In this document: positions 1 through 6,712 of the stretch, in pieces
Layout: every line of letters begins with the position of its first letter
How positions within the stretch are numbered: position 1 is the stretch's first letter
DNA from: Halarcobacter sp.
Lineage (GTDB): Bacteria; Campylobacterota; Campylobacteria; Campylobacterales; Arcobacteraceae
DNA length: 64,000 nt
Assembly (NCBI GenBank): GCA_963676565.1
Contig: OY781089.1
Location: 160,001-224,000 of the forward strand
Direction of reading: 5' to 3'
The notes under the pieces: model-generated
Seen by the model: the letters and a program-made list of their open reading frames with translations, nothing else
The model's database searches: none
Told to the model about the DNA's origin: nothing
Made by a program: the position numbers and the translations under genes

Positions 1-224
1 ATTGAACGCTTTGATATGTTTTTATAAATAATTTTATATAGTCTATTCATCTCTTTTTTTGCAAATGCAGATGTATTTTCACTGCACATAGCAACAACCG
101 TATTATTTATTTGACCTTCTTCATGAATACAATCATTGTAATTTTTCTCATATTTATTTTTTGTTTCAGCAAATAAAATAAAAGGCATTAATGCAATAAA
201 TAATAGTAAATTTGTGACCTTCAT
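1..224 (-). CDS. Secreted protein, probable lysozyme inhibitor LprI-like (DUF1311); 3' end outside window; cassette gene
   Basis: Not in ORF track. Manual translation from ATG at 224 (RBS AAGGAG): MKVTNLLLFIALMPFILFAETKNKYEKNYNDCIHEEGQINNTVVAMCSENTSAFAKKEMNRLYKIIY. Signal peptide, two Cys and an EMNRLY motif. Confidence 0.6.
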   Translation of the reverse strand, partial: MKVTNLLLFIALMPFILFAETKNKYEKNYNDCIHEEGQINNTVVAMCSENTSAFAKKEMNRLYKIIYKNISKRS

Positions 225-243
225 ATATTACTCCTTTGTATCA

Positions 244-295
244 ATATAACGCCTACCTCAGCCGCTGAAGATCGGCTCAGAGTCTCTTGTTAGCC
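244..295 (-). repeat. Short atypical attC-like site
   Basis: Minus strand GGCTAAC-AAGAG-ACTCTGAGCCG-ATCTTCAG-CGGCTGAGGTAGGC-GTTATAT; only 44 bp from AAC to GTT; followed by the RBS and ATG of the next gene. Confidence 0.6.
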
Positions 296-668
296 ATTTT
301 CTAGTTATTATAGGCAACCATGTAGCCCCTATAGCACACAGCTGAAAATAGGCTAACCGGTACGGGTGAGCCCAGCCACCCGAGTAGCCAACATCAAAAG
401 CCAGCCACACAACAAATGTGGAACTTGAAGCCAAAGCCGCAATCAGCACCCTTTCTGGAAATCTCAGTACAGCAAAACCCTCTAATACCGCCAATATTCC
501 GAACCACGCTGTAAAAAAGCCTAAGGTTAGCCCCCAGGAATACCCACCTCTGTATTCTCTACCTATAGCTTCCGCCACGAAGTGGCCGACTCCATATATC
601 GCGGTCAGAAGAAGCACCCTGATTATTGGCCGTAACAAAAGCAGATAAACTATGCGCTTTGTCATCAC
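258..668 (-). CDS. Hypothetical integral membrane protein (about 4 TM), GC-rich cassette gene
   Basis: 136 aa with four hydrophobic segments; C-terminus reads into the attC-like site; 120 of 240 bases in 361-600 are G/C. Confidence 0.75.
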   Translation of the reverse strand: MMTKRIVYLLLLRPIIRVLLLTAIYGVGHFVAEAIGREYRGGYSWGLTLGFFTAWFGILAVLEGFAVLRFPERVLIAALASSSTFVVWLAFDVGYSGGWAHPYRLAYFQLCAIGATWLPIITRKWLTRDSEPIFSG

Positions 669-736
669 GATTAACCTTTGAAACGCTTAGTTAATAAATC
701 GGAAACTTTCATGTAAATCCTTCTTATAATTTTAGT

Positions 737-805
737 GTATAATGTTTAAAATGAGCCGATAAATTTCCCTCAGGGTAATTTATTGGCTCCTCTGATTTGT
801 TAGAC
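737..805 (-). repeat. attC-like site, family copy 1 (crossover GTT mutated to ATT)
   Basis: 61-bp core 741-801 differs at 5 positions from the copy at 1917-1977; geometry R''-5bp-L''...L'-6bp-R'. Confidence 0.9.
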
Positions 806-808
806 GTT

Positions 809-1693
809 TTATAATTCAAATCTAAATTCTTCTGGATGTTCATCATTAGGATAGTACGCTTTTATTTTGTATACATTTGTTTTGATTACATTTTCATCAA
901 TATTTATTTCTTTGTCTACCAATAATCCAAACAGCCATGGTCTTTCAAATTTTTCAATGTATTCAAATGAAATGAGCTTTCCTTCTTCCGTATCAACTTC
1001 ATTAATATTTATTATATTTGATATTTTAACTAATTCAGTTAGAAAAATTAATACACTTTCATCAATATATAAAGAAGACCCACCAATATCTTTTTTTGAG
1101 CCCATATCATCTAGAATATATGCTTTTGCTAAGGCTGTATTCATTTGAAGTTCTTTAAGATTACTTATTACAATTGGATTACCTGTTCCTTTTGCTATAT
1201 TAGAATAACCACCTTTAGGTCTTGTATAATTTAAAACGAAATCATCAATTCTTGCCTCACTAAAAGTATATTCAGCTTTTTCACCAAATGCAATTACAGT
1301 TCTTGCACCTGGCAAATTATTTGAAATCTCTGATTTCATAATAAATACATGAGACATAATAATATCTCTAAGCCATAGCTCAATACCATGGAGAATATTT
1401 ATAGCTTTATCCATAATATTGTTTTCAATGAAATATGTTTTGATAACTCCATCGTTTAACACAAACATATAACTATTTGATGGAGAAAAATGTCTACTAT
1501 GAATTTTGTAAAATTCATCTAATCTATTAGTGATTTTTAACCAATCTTTTTTAGATAATTTCCAATTTGTTTTTGTAAAATGAGAACCAAATCCTAATAA
1601 GTCAGACCATGCACAAAGATTTAAGGATATTTGAAAACCCTCTTTATTTTGCAGTTTATCTCCTAAAGGACTAGAATACTTATTACTATACAT
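809..1693 (-). CDS. Hypothetical protein with class III nucleotidyl-cyclase-like motifs; cassette gene
   Basis: Ordered motifs WSDLLGFG ... VLNDGV ... GARTVIAFGE ... NTALAKAYILD ... LYIDES resemble the adenylate/guanylate cyclase fold. Confidence 0.55.
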   Translation of the reverse strand: MYSNKYSSPLGDKLQNKEGFQISLNLCAWSDLLGFGSHFTKTNWKLSKKDWLKITNRLDEFYKIHSRHFSPSNSYMFVLNDGVIKTYFIENNIMDKAINILHGIELWLRDIIMSHVFIMKSEISNNLPGARTVIAFGEKAEYTFSEARIDDFVLNYTRPKGGYSNIAKGTGNPIVISNLKELQMNTALAKAYILDDMGSKKDIGGSSLYIDESVLIFLTELVKISNIININEVDTEEGKLISFEYIEKFERPWLFGLLVDKEINIDENVIKTNVYKIKAYYPNDEHPEEFRFEL

Positions 1694-1870
1694 TTATATA
1701 TCAATCTTTTTTCCACTTAACTTGAAGTAAACAAATCCAGCACTCACTAACGCTATTACAAAAATAATTCCTGTTTCTTCTTTTGCTGGGTTACCTACTA
1801 GACTTAAAAGTCCAATAAATAATCCAAAAAATATAACAATACCTATAGTTCGTGCAAAATTTTCTTTCAT
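1694..1870 (-). CDS. Small 2-TM membrane protein (58 aa), abutting the cyclase-like ORF
   Basis: Not in ORF track. RBS AAGGAA, ATG at 1870: MKENFARTIGIVIFFGLFIGLLSLVGNPAKEETGIIFVIALVSAGFVYFKLSGKKIDI*. Stop TAA is directly followed by the ATG at 1693. Confidence 0.75.
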   Translation of the reverse strand: MKENFARTIGIVIFFGLFIGLLSLVGNPAKEETGIIFVIALVSAGFVYFKLSGKKIDI

Positions 1871-1886
1871 TTTATTCCTTCATATG

Positions 1887-1921
1887 ACGTTATCGGGTCG
1901 CCGCAGGCGAGCCGATAACGT
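1887..1921. repeat. GC-rich hairpin (16-bp stem, 1 mismatch, GCA triloop) at an attC crossover point
   Basis: ACGTTATCGGGTCGCC-GCA-GGCGAGCCGATAACGT. Confidence 0.85.
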
Positions 1922-1981
1922 TTAAAATGAGCCGATGAATTGCCCACAGGGTAATTTATTGGCTCCACTGATTTGTTATGT
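1913..1981 (-). repeat. attC-like site, family copy 2 (intact AAC and GTT)
   Basis: Minus strand ACATAAC-AAATC-AGTGGAGCCAATAAATTACCC-TGT-GGGCAATTCATCGGCTCATT-TTAAAC-GTTATCG; the stop codon of the upstream gene lies in R''. Confidence 0.92.
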
Positions 1982-2755
1982 TTTTTTCTTATTTATAATT
2001 AAGTTATAAGCTTGTACTTTATAAAAGTCTAGCATTACTTCTTGCCCCTTTTTGTTTTTATCATTAATTTTCTTTAGTTTTGCAAGCTCATTCGCATTTT
2101 TACCAGTTAATTCAAAAGCTTTTAAATACATAGTTATATTATTAGGGTTCTCTATTCTAAAAGTATTCAAGCTTTTTTTATCTTTATTGTTAATTTTAAT
2201 GCCTACAAATACATGACCACCTTCTTCATTTCCATTTTCATCAATAAAAGACTTACGATGAAAAATATAAGTCTCATACCCAATATAACTCAACAGTGCA
2301 GCTGCAAGAATTGATTGATCTTCGCAATCTCCTAACTTTGTTTTGTAAGTTGCATTTATTGATTTTAAGATATCCTCATTTTTTTCATCTTCTTGGTATT
2401 TAACTTCATAAATCATAAAATCCAATACTTTTTTTAATTTATCCTTTTGAGACATATCGTTTTTAATTCCTATTTCAATTGCAATACTTTTTACATTTTG
2501 GATATTAGAATTTACATAATTTGCATATTCTTTCATTTCAATTTCAGAAAGAATATTTTCTATTTTATTTTTAGAATAATTTTGTAATCCATATTGATAA
2601 AGAATATTTTCTTGTTCTTGTATAGTTTTTGCTTTGTTTAATTTATTTTGAATTGATAAAAAACTATTTTGTTCTTGTATAGTTTCATTATCACCTAATA
2701 CATAAATTATAATTAGTAATAAAACTGCTATTGCTATTAATATGTTTTTTTTCAT
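1976..2755 (-). CDS. Transglutaminase-like (Cys-His-acid) domain protein with N-terminal membrane anchor; cassette gene
   Basis: GDCEDQSILAAALL and GHVFVG motifs; hydrophobic N-terminus. Confidence 0.75.
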   Translation of the reverse strand: MKKNILIAIAVLLLIIIYVLGDNETIQEQNSFLSIQNKLNKAKTIQEQENILYQYGLQNYSKNKIENILSEIEMKEYANYVNSNIQNVKSIAIEIGIKNDMSQKDKLKKVLDFMIYEVKYQEDEKNEDILKSINATYKTKLGDCEDQSILAAALLSYIGYETYIFHRKSFIDENGNEEGGHVFVGIKINNKDKKSLNTFRIENPNNITMYLKAFELTGKNANELAKLKKINDKNKKGQEVMLDFYKVQAYNLIINKKKT

Positions 2756-2800
2756 TTTTAATCTTTCCTCTTAAAAAATAATTGAAACTGCAGACATTAA

Positions 2801-2869
2801 ACATAACGTTTAAAATGAGCCGATGAATTACCCACAGGCTAATTTATTGGCTCCACTGATTTATTATAA
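2801..2869 (-). repeat. attC-like site, family copy 3 (R'' AAC mutated to AAT)
   Basis: 61-bp core 2805-2865 differs at 3 positions from copy 2. Confidence 0.9.
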
Positions 2870-3156
2870 GTTACTGACTTGAAATGTTCTACTATAGGAA
2901 AAGGATCATAAAAATGATGAAGCAGTGTTTTCCATTCTTGATATTTTTCAGAACCTCTAAAACCTTCCGTATGGTCTTCTAATGTCTCCCAATTTACCAG
3001 TAAAATATATTTATTTGGTGTTTCTATGCATTTTTGTAATTGATGTGAAACATACCCTTTCATTTTTGAAATAATGGCTTGTGCTTTTTCAAATGCAATT
3101 TCAAAATCATTTTCTTGACCAATCTTTACATCTAAAACTGCTACTTCTAATATCAC
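2839..3156 (-). CDS. Antibiotic biosynthesis monooxygenase (ABM) family protein; cassette gene
   Basis: MILEVAVLDVK...YILLVNWETLEDHTEGFRGS...LLHHFYDPFP is a typical ABM sequence; the tail YNKSVEPIN is attC-encoded. Confidence 0.85.
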   Translation of the reverse strand: MILEVAVLDVKIGQENDFEIAFEKAQAIISKMKGYVSHQLQKCIETPNKYILLVNWETLEDHTEGFRGSEKYQEWKTLLHHFYDPFPIVEHFKSVTYNKSVEPIN

Positions 3157-3173
3157 TTTATTTCCCCTTTGAT

Positions 3174-3192
3174 TTATAACTCTTTGTTAAAT
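3174..3192 (-). repeat. Collapsed attC / simple integrase core site
   Basis: Minus strand ATTTAAC-AAAGA-GTTATAA between two cassette genes, followed by RBS and GTG. Confidence 0.65.
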
Positions 3193-3500
3193 AACTGATT
3201 GCTACCAATTACTTCATAGACTTTAACTTCTGTATCAGGTTTAATGCGAAATTTTTCGTCTTCTGGATAAAGAACAGCTTTATACAAATTATCACCTGTG
3301 TATCGTTTCATAATATCTAGTTCTTCCCAATGTGATACGAATGTAATTTCAATCTCACCATTTAACTCACGTTTTAGAACATGATACCCTATACACCCGT
3401 CAATATTTTGAGTATCTTTTATACCTGTTTCTGAAAGGTAATTAATAAATCCATTTGCTGTCTCTTTAGGGCAAACACATTTCCATTCTCGATGATACAT
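3174..3500 (-). CDS. ABM-like dimeric alpha/beta barrel protein; cassette gene
   Basis: Probable start ATG 3500 after AAGGAA (MYHREWK); FVSHWEELD...AVLYPED pattern. Confidence 0.65.
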   Translation of the reverse strand: MYHREWKCVCPKETANGFINYLSETGIKDTQNIDGCIGYHVLKRELNGEIEITFVSHWEELDIMKRYTGDNLYKAVLYPEDEKFRIKPDTEVKVYEVIGSNQLFNKEL

Positions 3501-3520
3501 ACTATTCCTTTGCAATTTTT

Positions 3521-3587
3521 ATATAATATTTAAATACACCAATAAAGTGCCGCAGGTACTTTATTAGTGTGCTATGATTTGTTATGT
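3521..3587 (-). repeat. attC-like site, divergent variant (crossover GTT mutated to ATT)
   Basis: Minus strand ACATAAC-AAATC-ATAGCACACTAATAAAGTACC-TGC-GGCACTTTATTGGTGTATTTAAAT-ATTATAT; same AACAAATC end as the family copies. Confidence 0.85.
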
Positions 3588-4303
3588 GCTTCATTTTCGT
3601 TTAAGTTTACTTTGATTATTTCTTCATTATCTTTTCTTTTAATTAATAAAGTTGCAATGGAAAAATTTTTAACACCTCTATACTCTTCAACATTTTTTTC
3701 GCCAAATATAAAATAACCTTCTTCGTCAAGTTTTTTTATTTGGTTATCAAATTCTAAGCCTATATTAATTTTATCTCGAATTTCTAAATCACTACTGATT
3801 TCACCATAATCAATAAATGTTTGTAATGTACTTCCAATATAGTCAGCTTCATCTTTTGAAATTATATTATCGTAATCGACCCTATATCCCATCACATCAG
3901 ATAAGATATTCATTAACTCTTTCCCAGATGAGATTCTTACTAAAAATTTTATTTCTTCTATATTTTTATTGCCATCAAGTTCTTTTTTTAAAGTCTTTTG
4001 TACCCAGTTTTCATGATTTTGTTTCATATATCTTAATATTTCTTCTGGAAAAGAATCTATTAAAGTATCAATTTCTTTGTGATGATTTCTACATAATAAA
4101 ATCAAGTTATCAAATGTATCATAATCATTTAAATTTGGCTTATGTCTTGGTCCTTTTGATTTGCTACTTATAATATGACATTCTTCACCAATATTTAGGT
4201 TACTATCTGTTTCTTGTTCTGTAATTAGTTCGATTTTACAGATAGCACATCTATTACCTGATTTTGCCCAAAGCATTTTTCTAGTTTTTTCTGATATTGC
4301 CAA
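3572..4303 (-). CDS. HNH endonuclease domain protein with unknown C-terminal domain; first cassette
   Basis: LWAKSGNRCAIC...EECHII...GPR...NLILLCRNHHKEID; probable TTG start at 4303 after AGGAA, inside the cassette boundary at 4341. Confidence 0.85.
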   Translation of the reverse strand: MAISEKTRKMLWAKSGNRCAICKIELITEQETDSNLNIGEECHIISSKSKGPRHKPNLNDYDTFDNLILLCRNHHKEIDTLIDSFPEEILRYMKQNHENWVQKTLKKELDGNKNIEEIKFLVRISSGKELMNILSDVMGYRVDYDNIISKDEADYIGSTLQTFIDYGEISSDLEIRDKINIGLEFDNQIKKLDEEGYFIFGEKNVEEYRGVKNFSIATLLIKRKDNEEIIKVNLNENEAHNKS

Positions 4304-4333
4304 TCTACTAATTCCTATTTTATTTTTAAATCT

Positions 4334-4364
4334 CACATAACTATCTATTGAATACCCATTATAT
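4334..4364 (-). promoter_or_regulatory. attI-like site with upstream -10 box (candidate cassette promoter)
   Basis: Minus strand TATAAT-GGGT-ATTCAAT-AGATA-G/TTATGTG: a 7-5-7 simple site with no hairpin; second TATAAT at 4397-4392. Confidence 0.6.
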
Positions 4365-4456
4365 AAATAAAGCACTTAAATCCACTTATTTATTATATAT
4401 TCTTAAAAGAGCATATTTTAGGTATAGCTTCTAAAATGTTGGATTTTTAGAGAATC

Positions 4457-4577
4457 GAAAATTCATATTTTTATTAAAATCAAGGCAAAGAGAATTTTTC
4501 ATGAAGGAGTTTACTGTAGTAAATGACTGATTAAAGAATTTTATTTAACGAAGATTCTGATAAAAAGATGGATTTTC
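4457..4577. repeat. 121-bp nested palindromic element (MITE/REP-like or structured RNA)
   Basis: 25-bp terminal inverted repeats (21/25 match), a weaker inner inverted repeat and an apical TTTAC-TGTA-GTAAA hairpin. Confidence 0.7.
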
Positions 4578-5099
4578 CCTCATCATACATTTTAATATCT
4601 CATAAGTTTTACTAACATCATATGTAGCACTATGATAAGATTCTTGGTCAAAATCTATATTATAAAAAATACAAGTCTCATCTAGTTTTGGATTTTTTAT
4701 TCTCCCATTTTTATTTAAAGCTTTTACAATATGCTTATTCTCTTTCATAGTACAAATATGATTTTCAAAGGAAGCCAAGCCTTCGACTCTTGCAAGCTCA
4801 AAACTTATATTGTGAGCAACTAAAGTTTTTGCATCTTCACAAAATTTTACAAAGTCCTCATCCTCTTTAAAATATGAGGCATATTTTTCTTCACTTTTAT
4901 TTCTATGTTCAAGTATTAATTCAGGGGTTAATCTATGAACTTGAAAGGCGTAATAATTAACTGGATATCTTGAAAGATAATATCTATGAAATTTGTCTAC
5001 AACTTTTAACTCATTATTTTGTATTTGAACTTTAACTGCAGCTGCTTCTATAACGTCATGTGGGTTTAAAGTATTTGTTTCGAAGTCTAATATAATCAT
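4545..5099 (-). CDS. DEDDh 3'-5' exonuclease (DnaQ-like)
   Basis: ILDFET, VAHNISFE and HSATYDV motifs; probable start ATG 5099. Confidence 0.85.
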   Translation of the reverse strand: MIILDFETNTLNPHDVIEAAAVKVQIQNNELKVVDKFHRYYLSRYPVNYYAFQVHRLTPELILEHRNKSEEKYASYFKEDEDFVKFCEDAKTLVAHNISFELARVEGLASFENHICTMKENKHIVKALNKNGRIKNPKLDETCIFYNIDFDQESYHSATYDVSKTYEILKCMMRENPSFYQNLR

Positions 5100-5301
5100 A
5101 GTGCAATTATATTCAATAAAATGTAAATAATATGTAAGAAAATAAGCACTTTCCACAAATTTTTAAAGAGTTTTAGAATTATTCAAAAAAAAATGGATTT
5201 TTCCTTTCAATTTTATTTATTTTTTGATTTTTTTTCATAATACTTAGTTATAAAATGTGCCTGACTAGCATATATGGTTAAACAAAAAATAAAAAAGGAC
5301 A

Positions 5302-5811
5302 ATGATGTATTACCAAACTGCAGACTTATGTGATTTGAATCAAGATAAAAAAATTCAAGTATTATCCCCCAACTTTAAATCTTTTGGAGGGAAAAAAGGT
5401 TTTCAAGGAAGGGTCATAACTATAAAACTTGATAAAAGTAATTGGGATTTAATTGATATTTTAAAAAATGAAGATGGAACAGGAAAAGTTGTTGCTATTG
5501 ATGTTGATGAAGCTTATTATGGAGTTGTGGGTGATAAACTATCAGCATTTGCAGCAAAAAACAACTTTGTAGCTATGATTATAAATGGATATGTTAGAGA
5601 TACTAGAGAAACTGTTAAATTTGATATTGGTTTATTTGCTTTAGGAACTTGCCCACTTAGAAATTTTGAAAAAACAAAAGGTATTAGAGATATTGAGCTA
5701 AACTTTGGTGGAGTAACTTTCAATAATGGAGATTATGTTTATGCAGATGAAGATGGAGTAATAGTTTCATCTATCGAGCTTGACACAAGTGATGCCCCTA
5801 TAATCTCTTAA
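5302..5811 (+). CDS. rraA: RraA family / HMG aldolase-like protein
   Basis: TADLCD, GYVRD and GDYVYADEDGVIV motifs. Confidence 0.85.
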   Translation: MMYYQTADLCDLNQDKKIQVLSPNFKSFGGKKGFQGRVITIKLDKSNWDLIDILKNEDGTGKVVAIDVDEAYYGVVGDKLSAFAAKNNFVAMIINGYVRDTRETVKFDIGLFALGTCPLRNFEKTKGIRDIELNFGGVTFNNGDYVYADEDGVIVSSIELDTSDAPIIS

Positions 5812-5893
5812 TACATTAAAAAATTATTCAAGTTTTTCTTATTAAATATAAAAAATTTAAGTATAATTCGAAAAAATTTAATAGGATAAAAAC

Positions 5894-6691
5894 TTGGATA
5901 AAATTAAATCCCTTGTAGAAGCAAAAAAGTTTCAAAACTTTATTATTGTACTTATCATTTTAAATGGTATCTCAATGGGTCTAGAAACCTCAAAATCAGT
6001 TATGTCAAGCTATGGTAGCATACTTCATGCTTTTGATGTGTTTGTGATTTCTGTCTTTACTATAGAGGTAACTCTTAGAATAATTGCCCATAGATTATCT
6101 TTTTTCAAAGACCCATGGTCTTTATTTGATTTCTTTGTTGTGATTATCTCACTAATTCCATCAAGTGGAAGTTTCTCCGTTCTAAGAATCTTAAGAGTTC
6201 TAAGACTTTTTAGACTTATTACAGTAGTTCCACAAATGAGAAAAATTGTTGCTGCACTAATAAGTGTTATTCCTGGAATGATTTCTATTATTGGACTTAT
6301 GAGTTTAATATTTTATGTTTTTGCTATCATGGCTACATCTTTATATGCAGAAACTTTTCCCCAATGGTTTGGAACTCTTGGAGAATCATTTTATACCCTA
6401 TTCCAAATTATGACTTTAGAATCTTGGTCGATGGGAATTGTAAGACCTATAATGGAGCAACACCCACTAGCTTGGGTCTTTTTTATTCCATTTATATTTG
6501 TGGCAACTTTTATTATGATTAACCTTGTTGTTGCAATAATTGTAGATGCAATGAGTATAATAAAAGAAGAAGAGATTGAAAAGATAGAAGAAGTAAAAAC
6601 TTCTGAAAGTGAATTGAAAACTGAAATCAAATCTTTACAAGAAGAGATTAAAGAGTTAAAACATCTAATTATAAAATCAAATAGAAAGTAA
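5894..6691 (+). CDS. Bacterial voltage-gated sodium channel (NavAb-like)
   Basis: S4 [12 protein letters not shown], selectivity filter TLESWSM, 6 TM segments, C-terminal coiled coil. Confidence 0.95.
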   Translation: MDKIKSLVEAKKFQNFIIVLIILNGISMGLETSKSVMSSYGSILHAFDVFVISVFTIEVTLRIIAHRLSFFKDPWSLFDFFVVIISLIPSSGSFSVLRILRVLRLFRLITVVPQMRKIVAALISVIPGMISIIGLMSLIFYVFAIMATSLYAETFPQWFGTLGESFYTLFQIMTLESWSMGIVRPIMEQHPLAWVFFIPFIFVATFIMINLVVAIIVDAMSIIKEEEIEKIEEVKTSESELKTEIKSLQEEIKELKHLIIKSNRK

Positions 6692-6712
6692 ACCCTAATT
6701 AGGGTTTACTTT
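6685..6712. terminator. Perfect 28-bp palindrome over two convergent stop codons (bidirectional terminator candidate)
   Basis: AAAGTAAACCCTAA/TTAGGGTTTACTTT. Confidence 0.65.

Larger units (their letters stand above)
1..4341 (-). mobile_element. Integron-type gene cassette array with no adjacent integrase (CALIN-like); continues beyond the left edge
   Basis: Co-oriented unrelated ORFs, most ending at or inside an imperfect palindrome bounded by ..AAC and GTT.. . Cassette starts are complementary to their own end sites: GTTATGTG at 4341 vs CACATAAC at 3588-3581, and GTTATGTTT at 2807 vs AAACATAAC at 1983-1975. Confidence 0.9.

Noticed and set aside
809..1870. Firm assignment as Pycsar or CBASS
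   Set aside because: The motif resemblance is by eye only and the TM protein lacks room for a nucleotide-binding domain; kept as a hypothesis.
741..2865. 61-bp repeats as a CRISPR array
   Set aside because: Spacing is 0.9-1.2 kb with whole genes in between, the repeats are too long, no cas genes are present, and the geometry fits attC.
4304..4375. N-terminal extension of the HNH ORF in the ORF track
   Set aside because: It crosses the cassette boundary at 4341; TTG 4303 has an RBS.
4545..5156. ORF next to the array head as the integrase, and its 19-aa N-terminal extension
   Set aside because: It has DEDDh exonuclease motifs and no R-H-R-Y tyrosine recombinase residues; the extension overlaps the promoter.
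6685..6712. Perfect palindrome as a recombination or operator site
   Set aside because: It sits on convergent stop codons like similar inverted repeats at 18658 and 44901; a bidirectional terminator is the simpler explanation.
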